Assembly (NCBI GenBank): GCA_963924565.1
Contig: OZ004609.1
Location: forward strand, 25,420,001-25,484,000
DNA length: 64,000 bases
Source: Ascidiella aspersa
Lineage: Eukaryota
Direction of reading: 5' to 3'
Shown: positions 14,001 through 26,714 of the stretch, in pieces
Layout: each line of letters begins with the position of its first letter
Position numbering within the stretch: the stretch's first letter is position 1
Notes under the pieces: model-generated
Told to the model about the DNA's origin: nothing
What the model saw: only the letters and a program-made list of their open reading frames with translations
The model's database searches: none
Program-made: the position numbers and the translations under genes

Positions 14001-15099
14001 TTTTTAACATCATTAAGTACGTAAACACGTAATATCCGATATTTATATCATGGCTCGCAATGTCAACTTTATATTTTTTACCTCGAGAACAAGATATAAT
14101 TAGGCTACGTCCATTATTATAGCATGGAGATAATTAATTTTAATGATAGTTCAGTTTTGCTATAAAGTTATTGAAATATCTTATGTTTTGTTGAAAAAAA
14201 ATTACCCTTTAATGTAACTATTGAAGTGCTCTTTGGGCTTAGTGCAACAGAGCTAGTTTAAGGTGCTTTGCTCTTGAAAAAGCGAACTGTATCTTTTTAG
14301 TCAACGAAATATTCCCCAACTGACACCAAAGACAGTAATTATTTCTGTAATGCTTTACGTCAGTGTTTCTCGAACAAGCTACGGCTAAAGTATTTGCTCC
14401 AGGGATGGGGGATTTTTAAACATGTTTTTATGGAAAATAAAATTCACCAAAATTACTAAAATGGGATTTTTTAAATAGTGAAATGTTTCACTTAAATCCA
14501 CATTTTATGTCTCCAGGCGCAATATTGGTATTCTTAAAATTATAATTTTCGTACGAAATCCCATCTAAACATGTAGTGACAGATGTGTTGCAAGTTATTG
14601 GTCTTATGCAAATAAATTCTCATATATTTTAAACCTACACCAGCGGTATTGATAATACCAACGAATCTGTGGAGTGTGGAAAAACAAGTGTTTAGTGTGT
14701 TGCGAGGCAAGTTGACGGTGATAAACGGAAATTCATCGTTGTCTGCTTTTACGCATTTGATGAAAAGCTCGAATTGGTTGTAATTTATAAAAACTATAGT
14801 TTCGCCACTTTTTTCGGTATTTTGCTTGCATTACGACCTGTTAAAATTTGCACAGTCATATCTAAAACTTTGTTATTTCTGTAAAACTCCTCTTTACCTA
14901 TGAACTTATTTGCACACTAAACTTTTACTACGGTTTCGCAGAAAAAGTGAATTTCCAGAAGGCTCTTTGCACCACCTCGTCTGTGTGCAAATCGTTCTGC
15001 AACGCTCTGGTATTTGACAAGGAACTAGGACCCATCACCAACCAATGCCAGCACCAGTGCTGCAACTCTGACGGTTGCAACAAAAACGTACTTCGCTAA
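11074..15099 (+). CDS. Secreted Ly6/uPAR (three-finger) protein, 112 aa
   Basis: Exons 11074-11113, 11817-11957, 14942-15099, both introns phase 1: MLKLLSLMFFVCGGLALSCHNYEANSLDGFPDTASTSVQDCASGYDFCATLAWTSTLTSSEKVNFQKALCTTSSVCKSFCNALVFDKELGPITNQCQHQCCNSDGCNKNVLR*. Signal peptide, LxC start, diagnostic CCxxDxCN, 10 mature Cys, AATAAA at 15175-15180. Confidence 0.85.
11660..11755. mobile_element. Right end of hAT-type MITE
   Basis: Repeated TATCCGGCCC-like subterminal motifs, then AAAAGTTTGGTGATCCCTG followed by GTCTAGAC. Confidence 0.5.
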
Positions 15100-16612
15100 A
15101 CGACCACCGTCTCAGCACATTTTCTCGTAGAATGTAGTAGAGTAAATGACAAGCACTTAAACTGTATACTGCTTAATAAACGGTTAATCATTATACGCTA
15201 CAATTTCTGTAGGATTGTAAAGTCGAATTAAAAAGTTTAGCTGTTGTAAAATTCGCAGATATTTTAGACACCTAAAAAAAAATAAAAATGTGTAAGTTTT
15301 CTATAAGAAACATGCATTGTAGAATGTTTTCTGCTAAGTCAGTTTTGAATACTAATTTAATTGTATTTCAACCAACAACAAAAATGCAAAATTGTGAACT
15401 ACCCACATGGCTCGATATTTATATCTTGTTGGGTTGCTAGTGAACTAAAATGTGAAGTTAGATGCGGACAGCATTTTGCCTAAAACAACATGGGAATCTT
15501 AATTGACATTTAGTACGACGTATTTTTATTAAAAAAGCAACAGCAGCATCAACAGGCCAGGAAAAACACAGAACAAGGGCATTCCAACCAATTCCTAGCA
15601 AAGGTCTACGAGTTAAACTGGCAAACCTGTGGGATAAACCAACTAAAGCTTTGGAACAGCCAAATATTAATTTGGTTAGGTTAGCTTTTCCTATACGCAG
15701 CTTTAATATTATTATATCTTTCTGACTGGGGTGGCATCATCAATGACCTTAAACAGTCTGTTACGAAATCAAAATAAATCGTTTATACAAATAAATAAAT
15801 AGTTTGATCACACGTTGAACTTTTAAAACAGACAAGAGGAATATGCAAAAATTAACTGAAAAAAATATTAAACAGGCAAGGTAAATGTAACAAAAAGCAA
15901 AAGGCCAGTCCATTTTTTTACTAATTGAGCCGTGTTTGTTCCAATATTACATACATAAAGGGTTGAATATTACAAACGTGTAATTAGATTATTTTGTTTA
16001 TAATTCGTCGTTAATGACTAATGCGACCAGTCGACCACATTTTACTAAATAAGTAATTTAAAAAACTTCGAATGGCCCCTTTAAAAAAACACTAAACCGC
16101 AAATCATCGATAGAGAAAATCAAAACAAGCGGGCGGTTTAACCATTTTAGTAGAGGTGTCGCTTTTATTGTATCTCTTAATGTCAAACAGATTCAAGATT
16201 CGATAAGTGCCGCAATATAAATTAGATATAGATAAAATACGAACTTTACGACCAGTAGGATGTCTTTGCAGTTTGGAAATATTGAATATTTTAGGTATGT
16301 AGCCAATGGTTGTTAGTTTGATTTCAAATAGCGGCAACGACCAACAACACACAATATTCATCCAGAATTTTAAGCAACCAAAGTCGAGTTTGGCAAACGA
16401 TTTTAATCGATATCCTATTAGTTTCGGTTAAATCGCTAACTGCTCAGGTACTCTAGTTTGTTTCAAAGCGTAAAGGCAGACAAGCCGGGTAAGAGGGGAT
16501 ATAGCTGTTGGAGAGAGGCTCATGTGCAAAGATGTGCTGAACTCCTTGGACGTCGAACTTCGGCGCGGTGAGGTGGCACGAATCCGTTACATTGTCAAGA
16601 GAAAAAACGCGA

Positions 16613-19600
16613 TCAGGCAACATACCTAAACAAACCAAATAGTGATAATTAACCCACAGCCTGAAAATATATTCGGAAAGTTGCGGTTTAGGACGATCGT
16701 GCGACTGCTGTGCTGTTCTTGTTCTCAGAAACTTGGCTTGGTTCGTAAAAGATACGCTGACGCCAAGCAACAAATTACTGTTTTACCAGGTGAAGGTTTT
16801 GGGCGTACTACATTGAATGGTTGGTATATAAAAAAACATACAAAGTTGTTGAGAATAAATCGACGTGGATTGTGTGAATAAAAGGATGTGTGTTATATAC
16901 TATTCTTTTACGGACAAAACTGAAACCACTTAAGATTAAAAAAGATCAGATCAACTTATACATAAATGCAGTATACAGGCAGTGTAGGGAATCCGCGATT
17001 TTTAAAAAGTTTAAAGCCAAATTGAAATTAAATTGGGCCTAAATATAAAACTACGCATGCTTTCACCGTCTTCTTTGTTAAGTACGACACGATATCTCAC
17101 CTGTAATGATCTGGTGTTTCGGGCGATCGCTCGATGTACCCCTTGTCGATTAAAGACTCGATTGATCGCTTAATGGCAGCAATGGTGGGAGTAAAGTGTA
17201 GCCTGGCTTGAGTGATAACCTAAGTTGAGAACATAACCAAAATTAAAAAAAGCACAAAAAAGATATTAATTAACTAAAAAGAGGAGAAAGTGGGACAGGA
17301 TTTTAGTGGTTATTTGTGAGGAATTTTTTCAGGTGGAACAGTGTTTGAACAACTTTTAGGTTAAAAAAATCCAGAGCAGCAACTGTATTCGCAAAGTGCA
17401 TTGAATATATTGCTTACCAGTTCGAGGAGACTGTTGTGATTGAGAGCCTTCCGCGCCTTTATGACGCGAACAATTGCCGCCTAAAAATAAAAAGCCGCGC
17501 CTTAAAAATCCAACGGTGTAATATATTACCATTGACTTATAGCTTTTTAACACGTTTGTGATGTTATCCACAAACAATTGTCATACAGTTCAACCCATTT
17601 AAAACGATTAATAGGACAATAATTCGTTTAGTAGCTGTGCCTAATTATTAAGTGTCGTAAATCCGAGAAACTCGGATGTAAAAGAAACTCAAAAACAAAT
17701 GATACAAAAAAACTCAAAATTCTCTGACATTTACCTTGATGCGCGACACTTAAAATATATAATTTTTACGAAATGACGGGGGATAATTTCAACGAAAATA
17801 TAAGCAAACATTAATAGGGTAACAAATATAGGTATTTTTCATTCGTTTATTCGAACAAAGGGCTTCGTATCTATCCCTCCAAAAATTGCTCCCGGGGTCT
17901 TACCTGGAGGTAGAGTTTGCGGTCCTCATCTACAGAGGAGCGGGTCTGCTTGGATTCGGCCACCTGCTCCTTGGGAGAGGGAGCCATAGAGACCTTGAAG
18001 CGGGTCCTCTTATTTGAGAAGGACTCGTTTACGATCAGAACGGAGGTAGCGCAGAGCTGTGAGAAAAAAAAATGTTGAAAAATGAATTTATATTGTAAAG
18101 GGCAAACCTTGTTAAAAATTAAGTAATTAATTTTAGTCGTTAAAGTGATAAAAAGCTTTATTCTAAAGGTCTCCGCAACGCTGCCTACCTGATATTGACC
18201 CTGGTGTATTTTATATTTTTCTTACATCAACCAGTAAGTCGCAATGCGTTTATACAGAGGATATACTCTGCAAGGAAGATTGGAAAGCAGGAAACTTCAA
18301 TTTAGGCGAATGATTAAAAATGTGTTACAATTTGACAAGGGCGGGAATAATAACTCACAATAAAATTGGCCCAGGATCAGTTAGCGGTATACAGAGCTAT
18401 AATTCCCAAAGTATTCAAACCGCCATGTATGTGCTAGCCTAGAGCTTCAAAACGCCAAGAGGGCAAAAAATGTGGTAAAAGCCTAAACAAAATATTAACC
18501 TTGCTGGAATCCTTGGTTTGCAAAATGCTGGCGTCGATTAGGGACTGCACGCTGCGAAGAACATCACCGCTGTCCAGATGCGTGCTGCGCGATACTTCAT
18601 CAACCGTCATTTCTGCGACTTCATTGTAGTTTAGAACGATCGCAAGTTGGTACGTCGACATTGTGATCTGAAATAAAACAATGTGGCAAAAAATAAACCC
18701 TACAACAAGAGACATTTTTTTCCAATCACGGAGTAATACTTACAAAGTAGGCTTTAGACTCGGTGAACATTTTGACTTCGGCTTGGGAAAGGTGTTGGAG
18801 CCAGGTTAAGTTGCGACCGTTGAATTGCGATTTGTAAAAACCTTCGAACTGCGGAAAAAAATATACAACTCGTGAAACATTATTACAGTATAGAGAGATG
18901 CCTGGTTCAGAACACCGAAATTTTAAGTTTTAAACACACCTATTCCACGTTAGCCGGATGCAAAGATGAAAAATAGTTTTACTGATAATAATACAACTGT
19001 CAAATAATCAATAAAAGGTTAACATTTTTTCTGTCTATTACGGCAGAAAAGTAAACAGCGACATTTTCTACGTCCAAGAACTGTGGACAATATACTTGCT
19101 GAAAAAGTTCAACTAAACCAGAACTAAGTTTAAAAATAGACGCGCGTTTATTTTACCTTTTGAACGCACTTTACGAGAGCTTCTGGAAGAATGAAGTTCG
19201 ACTGACTTGAATTCAGTGGCCAAGCACCAGCCTGAAAAGTAAAACTTTATTACAGTATGAACTCAACCGGAAACTTTTCGAAAGAACAAATTATGACATG
19301 TTGAATCATTATGTTTTACTACGATACGTAGATTTTGAAAACAACTTGATTATAAAGCAGTTAAATTAACCACCATCAAGAAATAGTTAACACCCAAGTA
19401 AGGCGTCATTCAGTTTTAAAACCAAAGCGTTACAAAATACACATAGCTTTAAAAAAACGCGTGATCAACTCCGCTTTTTGTAACACAAAACCACTTCAAC
19501 CGATTAAAACAGTGTTATCTTGAATATTAAAATTTAGTACAAAATTAAAAAAAAATGTTTCTTTTGTTTAAAAAAAGTATTTAACGTCATCATTGCTGTT

Positions 19601-22600
19601 TTTTAGCTGCGCGCACATACACAAAAAATCAAACACTCCTAATCTAAAACCTGCGAGTTGTACGCGCGCACCTGCAGGATGTTGACGTTCATGCCGGGGC
19701 CGAGCTGGTCGCCCGACTGCGCCACCGACTCGTGGAACTTTCGCGTGTGCTCGGCGCTCATGCGCACGTCGCTGAACATGCAGTGCAGCTTGGAGGTGAA
19801 GTCGTAGCCGCACACGTCCTTGAGCCGGTTGATCATCTGCTCCTCCATGTCCATCACGCATGCGCTGTGAATGAGACGCTTGGCCAGCGCGCGGCTGTAA
19901 AACTGCGCGCAACAAAACGGTAGCGATTAGGGTAGAGCAGTGGTTCTTAACCGGGGATCGATCGAGCCCAAGGGTTCGGCCAGAACGTCCTCTGAAACAT
20001 AAATGCTGTTATTCCAGGCTAAATTTGAATCTATTATGTGTGCAAAGTGTCAGGTAACGTTATAAATTGAAATTTTGGCCAATTTAACCTCTATAAATGC
20101 ACATTTGTGATTTGAATATGCCCAGTTTCAGCTGCTAGGAAGAAACGAATACTGAGAGAAAATTTGGGATTTCGACGAAAGCTTGCAGAATAACATAGGG
20201 GTTTCACAGGTTATCAAAAGTTAACAATCACTGGGGTAAAGAAATGCTGTGGCAGGCGACGCGTATTGATTTTGGTTGGTCGACAGTTTTGCCGTTTCGC
20301 AGCCGTTTGTTGCAGGGCTAGGGCCACAGTAAAACAGCACCGGGGGCCACAAACCGTATTTCCAATTGGAAGGGCTCCGGCTCAGCTTCGGAGTGGTAGT
20401 TTTTAAAGTTGCTTCAATACAGGTTAAATGAAGTTACATTTGATCACTTAACTGCTTAGTTAGTAGTTTTCATTTCAACAATTTAAAATACTTTCTCACT
20501 AGGGTAGATAAAAATTTAATGTTTCAGCTCCTAAAATTTTAAAATGGCTCCGGCTCCACAAAAACATTAAAAATGGCTCCAGCTCTACAAAACTAATAAA
20601 AAATGGCTCAAGCTCCGACTTAACAATGGCTCAAGCTTCGACTTTTACAAAAATGCCTAGGCTCCCCGGGTCGGATTGCTCCAAGTTTAAGGGTCTGACG
20701 TGCCAGGATCACGAGTTCATACGTTTTTCTTCCATGGCCTACAAAGGGTTGGAGGCTGCGGACGTTTTAAGGGTTTTGTTTTCGTCGATGTTGGTTACAA
20801 TTTGGAGGGGTTTTGTTGGACCACAATTCAATTTTTTTTAATATAGGATATTGAATAAGCAATAATAAAAATGAATATCTCTGTATAACAAAACATGGAT
20901 ATATATTTAGATTCATGCCATTTTCCCAAAAGCTGGAAGAGGCTGTGTAAAATGTCAGTTGTCATTAAAAAAAACACATATTACAACATATATTGTACAA
21001 TTAAAAGGTATTTCTAGTCAACATATTGCGCTGTGATAACATTTTATATCGTTTTTCCTGTTTAGTATGGTGAAAGGTTTTATTTTTTTAAGGGACACAT
21101 TTGGCGTTGCCTATTCATAAGCTAAAATCAGTTAACATTTTAAACAATAGAGCCAAACTTGGTACAAAAAAACTGATAAAAGCGATATCATCTAACCCAG
21201 CGGTTCCCAAACTGGGGTCCGCGGACCAATTGGGGTCCGTGCAGCTGTTTCAGAGGGTCCGCAATGAGAATTGAATTAGTCTTCAAGTTTTTCAACATTA
21301 GTCTATGAGCGAATGTTTTTAAACATTAGTATTAGTCTATGTTTTAAACATTGTCTTTCACCAATCTTAGTCTTCGTTTATGCTTTATTATTCGATAATA
21401 AAGCGTGTTTTATTGTCTCTCGTGACATCATAAAGCATCTATTATGCTGTACTACCTGTTATCAGCGATTCGTTCGCATTAGTTAGAAAGTTGTGACTGC
21501 ACTAGTGTACTACAAGAAACATGGCTCAACTGACCCTTGATTTTTATAGGGCCGCGAAATATCAATATAATCGCAAAGGGTCCACTAGGCAATTTTTTAG
21601 AAAAGTTTGGGAACCGCTGATCTAACCTAACGAGTAAAAATTAGATAAGTTCGACACAGATAAATGGCCTAACCTTTTGAAAGACGTCCTTGTCGTCGAT
21701 GTAGCGAAACACGACGATCGAATTTTTAAGTTTGTCGTCAGCATCTTCGGTAGAACCTTTTGAGCAGCGCCTCAAAATGCTGTCGCAGTACTTGGACACC
21801 TAAAAATCGACAGCCGATTCAGAAATTTTTAGATTAATGGTATCAGGTACGAAATCACGTCGACGACTTAAACGAACAACAGTGGAAATGTGGTTTTACT
21901 TGGATGATTCTAGTGGTTCTGCAAAACCTTGAAACACAGAACATCTGACACTGGCGCTGAATTCTGCTCACACTTACACCCTTACAGGTAATTAATCGTG
22001 TTGTTGGTATAAAACGGTTCCGGAAACCATTGCGAAAATTGCGACGCGCAGATTTATTTTAAAGGTTTCTATCACCTGACATGCGGCCATAGTCCATGGG
22101 AATGCAAATAGAGCGTTGTTCCCACAGCAAAGTGCTACACGACCGTTTAATCTTACAAAAAAAGAAAACGCTGTTATGCAATCGGTTCGGAAATGGTACC
22201 GAGTATATTTTACCCAAAATTGAGTATATTTTACCCAAAAGAAAACGATAAAAAACTAAAATAAAGTATGAGACAACTCCTACCATCTCTGGCGCGCGGC
22301 AAGGCTGCTTCGGCTCGCTGAAGTTGACCACGGCGGTACAGGCGCGATCCAGTGCCGAAATAAAGTGCTTGTCATCGCGGAACAGACTGTGGATGAGGCC
22401 ATAGTAGCGCCGATGGACCTCCAACACCGCCTCCACGAAACGCGTCGGCATCTGCGGAATTTTTTCAAGTGGGAGAAAAGGGTGTTTTTAATTTCCGTTA
22501 CAAGTTATGCGACGGCGATATTGATGTAGTGATCCCCCAAGGAAGATAGTTAAAATTACGGAGTAAAATACATTCTACAAGCATTTAAATTGCGTAAAAC

Positions 22601-25600
22601 AAAATTGTCCATAGTTCTATCTTGGCTCCAGCGGCCCAGCATGAGATGTTTAGTTACTGTTTATATTGTGTCTTCTAGCAACGAAACTTATATTAACTCT
22701 ATATGGTATTACTTCATAAAAAATCTTGTGGACCTCTTCGATAGGTCACCAATCACCATGGATCAGTTTTCGGAATTTTTTATACCACAAAAAACAAGCT
22801 GCATTTTTTTATTGAATCACATATATATGTGTTTTATGAGTCTAAAATACAGTTAACTTTATGAAGCAGGCAGAAACACACATGCACCTACATTTTGGCC
22901 TTGAATTGCCTTTATCGCTTCCAATCCATTCTCCTTGATGTGAGCTTCCAACTCAGTAACCATGTGGCTCAGACCTTCCGGGGCAGACTTGAGAAGCATG
23001 TACATGTGCAGCAGGTCTGGACAGAAATCGTTATCAAAGCTCACGTCAGCTACAAAACTGACTTTTTATATTGTCGTTAAGTAAATTTAAAAGGTTGTAT
23101 CTTTCATGAAAAAAAAAAGTCTTAGTGTTAATTAGGAATAATATAAACTTGAAAAATATTATGTTCAACCAACAAGTATACATGTTATAGATATATTTCT
23201 GACCTTCACGTCTATCATGTCTAATCATTTGTCGGCATCCAGCTTGGAGAAAATTCACATGATCGAAAATAACCCGCTGTTGACATTCCAGTGTGGCCTT
23301 CTTATATGAGGTCTGATTGAGAAACTTGCGACTTCGCATTTCCTCCTCAGTCAGTAAAACTAAGACCTGCAATTAGGAAAACAGAATGACCATTTTGGCA
23401 CAAATTTAATGATAAGTTATCATAGTATTGTTTATTTTTCCTAAAAAATGTTGTATTTTATATTGCTTTTATTATAGTAGTTAGTATTTTTAATTTGTTC
23501 AATGAAAACACATGGAGCAATCAGCTTCAAATCACAACTAAGATGTTGAGCAACAAGTCAACAACCATGTGGCCCATACTAACATAATCCTTAAATTTTA
23601 GAGATTTTTTATTGGCTATTGGACAAAGGAAAACATACTTGCTTCATGTAATCTGAACAAGTCGAGTCAACCAGCAGTGCATTTGCTTTGGCCCTGTAGA
23701 ATTCACCTGTCTGTTGAAGGAATGGCTTTTCAAAGAGGTCTTCATAAAGCTAAAAAGGACAACTATAATGAAAATCTTGTCTTCACAATGTCCAACTATT
23801 TTCTTACATTTCAAAGCATTTTTTACCACTGGTTATTGCAAATTAACCAACCTGAAGAGGGTTTTTCCGTTTATACTCTTCGACTATCACCAGGGAGCTG
23901 ACCGTGGAGTTTACAACCTGATGATTGACAGTTTCATTTTTTCGATCCTTGGTGATCTCCGTTAAGACGTGCTCAACAAGCCTTTCTTTCAGCGGCTCTA
24001 TCATTTCAGTCCTCCAGCATTCAAGGGCAAGCTTAGAAAGTTAAGAAGATCTTCTTGAGACTGTTTCATAAGTCTTTAATTGTTTAGTAGAAGACCTTTT
24101 GTTGCATGATATGAATCAGTAAAGCGCTAACATGCACTACAAATTTGCTTTAATTAGAAATGTTGCAAGTATGTTTATGATTTAAACCGCAATTTCATTG
24201 CACTTTTTACAATAAACATAAAATGAAATATCTATAAATAGCAAACACTGGACTGGATTCTGTGTAACAAGTCCATAATAAACGCACACAATTTTACAAC
24301 CTTTGACAGGAAGTAATTTTTTAAATTAGGAATATATATTAAATATGAGGTACCGAATATCAGTGAACATAGTATTACCAAAAAAAGCCAGGAACCTGTA
24401 TTAGCTACCTCTCTTATTTCCAGCATTTGTTCTTTATGCTCCGGTGGAAAGCAGTAGTCAAAGTCGGCATGATAGGATCTTGACTTCTTTATGTATTGTG
24501 TGTTAAAGTGGTGGTAGAGTTTGTCTAGGTAGGAAGCGCCTTTGCTGTACACCAACCAATGTTTGGCATAAGCTGAAAGCAATTCCACATTTTCTTCGCT
24601 TATTTCCTGTAATGCACATTAAACAGCTGAAAAACAAATCCTAAAAAGTATTTCCTTTAGACCTTGAGATATAAAAAAGTGTAGAACAAAAAAAATTGTG
24701 GATAAGTTTTAACGGCAGAGCACCGATATGACTTCATACGGCGATGAAAAAATAATAAAATGAAGTTATTTAAATCTAATGGTTTTAGGTAATTAGGCCA
24801 AAAAAAGCTTAGCTAACTTTTTGAAAAATTCATCTTTTAAAAAAACTTTTTTTTTTTTACAACTCACATGAACATTGAAATAGATTGAAAAACAATTGCA
24901 TTTCAAATGAGCGAACAAGATCAAACGGCCATTTTTATTATGCTTTTGCTATATGGACCACAAGTAGCTATTCAAAAGCATTTCAAGAACAAAAAAATTG
25001 CAGTGCTCAGGGCAATCCACATAGTCAACTTACACACAACTTGTACACTTTCCGCAACAGCATCCAAAACACATTTTTGTATTTTTTATTTTGTTAACAT
25101 TGTAGTTTTATTGTGTTTCACATTACTTTGGAATTACTTTCGCTTTCTGCTTCAGTCAACCATCGAATTTTACTATAAATTTTGACTCAAAATTGAGAAT
25201 AAACCATGAATGAACTGTTATCAGCTACTGCAGCGATAATTCCAGGATTGTTTTAAAATAATAACACAACAAAAGGATGTCGTTGAAGGCGATTTTAATC
25301 GTGGAGAAATTATAATCTGCTTTACGGTCAAAATGACTGTTGGCGGCAATTTTAGGTAAATCGCTTCCCACCTCATATGTGGTTATTCTAATAAACTAAA
25401 AATTTGCATGCTATATAAGGTAACCTAGACTTAGAAATAGTCAGGAAGTTTTAACATTTTAACAGTTACCTGAATGTTTTGTGGTGCGGACCAAAAACCA
25501 AACCACGCCGCGGGCCACAGGTTGCACACCCCTGTACTAAGTAACAATACTACTATTTCGCATTAAGTATGGGCTTTGATCCCAATTTATTAGACATTTC

Positions 25601-25904
25601 TTCTTGCATAGTCACCTTATACAACTCTAGGACATGCTTGCACAAAAGCTCCTTTGTTTCACTGTAAAGAGTTTCACTCAGTGTCTCTGGATAACCAATG
25701 CATATTGAGTAGACATCGCTAAAAGCAAGCATCCAAATTTAATAATCCAGCTCATAAATACAGAAGTAAAATCACAAAACATAAAACTACTTACGAAAAG
25801 CGCTCATTCCAAACAACTCTTTCCAGGGGTTTTTCTGAAATGACTCGGTGAACTGTGTCCGACAACCTTCCCCAGGTTGCGGGAAAATCCACTTCGCGTG
25901 ACAT
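16613..25904 (-). CDS. CUL2: Cullin-2, 17 coding exons, ~736 aa
   Basis: Exons 25904-25795, 25718-25616, 24606-24409, 24031-23852, 23749-23639, 23366-23204, 23016-22892, 22451-22284, 21799-21674, 19902-19672, 19231-19157, 18848-18744, 18667-18500, 18056-17904, 17480-17418, 17219-17101, 16625-16613; all GT-AG and in frame. CUL2-type N-terminus (VDFPATW...WNERFSDVYSICIGYPE), cullin motifs (FRYIDDKDVFQKFY, LQAGAWPL, GRNLTWL), neddylation motif AIVRVIKARK and C-terminus YRYVA. Confidence 0.95.
19938..20233. mobile_element. hAT-type MITE
   Basis: Imperfect TIR CAGTGGTTCTTAAC / GTTAACAATCACTG; 8-bp TSD GGGTAGAG / GGGTAAAG. Confidence 0.8.
20541..20670. repeat. Degenerate ~28-30 bp tandem repeat (AAAATGGCTCCGGCTCC...)
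   Basis: About five units with an ATGGCTC core in a CUL2 intron. Confidence 0.7.
21198..21619. mobile_element. hAT-type MITE
   Basis: Perfect 16-bp TIR CAGCGGTTCCCAAACT; perfect 8-bp TSD ATCTAACC. Confidence 0.9.
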
Positions 25905-26033
25905 TGAATGCAAATTTCAGATTATAACTTTAGGATAAAGCCTAAATAACATATTCAAAAGAAAATACTTTATTTGGAGAAAAGCATAACTATTATACTT
26001 TATAACAAACAGACTGGTCAAGGGTATAACAAG

Positions 26034-26714
26034 TTACTTGACACTTTTTAGTTTTTTGTCAAGTTCATTATACAGAAGCAAAGAAACAAAAGCATCAAGA
26101 GCTGAATAGTTTAACTGATCTTCTGACAGTGGGAAAGAGTCCCATCTGCCTTTTCTAACTGATGTCTCTTTCGGCAAATCCTTGGACAAAACATGACGAC
26201 ATAGTCTAGTTAAGCTCCATTTTTGAGAAGAATTTAATACTTTATTGGCAAAGTCACTTAATTCAAGATGGCTTTCCAGTACTTTGGAAGAAACATTGTC
26301 AAAGTCTCTGTGTAATTTCCAGAGGTCTCCGGAAATATTAAGTCCGACCTTAGTAATTTGTGGATCTTCCAGGAGACAAAGTAGTGCTTTGGGGATGCCA
26401 CCCATTTCTGATATATGAAATACAAAACAAAAGTCTGAGGAAGGGCAAATTTGCAAAACAGCAACTTTAGAGCCACCATCAGCCCCATAGGTGACTGGCC
26501 ATTCAGCATCAAGAGCTAAGACATTTAAATTTTTCTTTACTATAGTCAAAATTTCACTGCAGAGCAGATTGCAGTCCTGGGATTGGTAAGAATAAACAAC
26601 TCTACAAGTTGTGGGTAACTTTAAAATAGGCAAAATAGAATTTGGTTTGCATTCTCCTGAGTCACAAGAGCTTGCTGTTGATTTTTCCATCCATCCTGGT
26701 AATTTCCGAGGCAT
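26034..26714 (-). CDS. WRNexo: Stand-alone Werner-syndrome-type 3'-5' exonuclease (DEDDy), intronless, 226 aa
   Basis: ExoI LALDAEW, ExoII VGLNISGDLWKL, ExoIII QLNYSALDA; WRN-like segment CFVFHIS...LLEDPQITKVG...WKLHRDFD; N-terminal RKLPGWM. TTGCAG acceptor at ~26760; AATAAA at 25974-25969. No helicase domain. Confidence 0.9.
   Translation of the reverse strand: MPRKLPGWMEKSTASSCDSGECKPNSILPILKLPTTCRVVYSYQSQDCNLLCSEILTIVKKNLNVLALDAEWPVTYGADGGSKVAVLQICPSSDFCFVFHISEMGGIPKALLCLLEDPQITKVGLNISGDLWKLHRDFDNVSSKVLESHLELSDFANKVLNSSQKWSLTRLCRHVLSKDLPKETSVRKGRWDSFPLSEDQLNYSALDAFVSLLLYNELDKKLKSVK

Noticed and set aside
20541-20670. CRISPR-like repeat array
   Set aside because: Degenerate tandem units without unique spacers, in a eukaryotic intron, with no cas genes.
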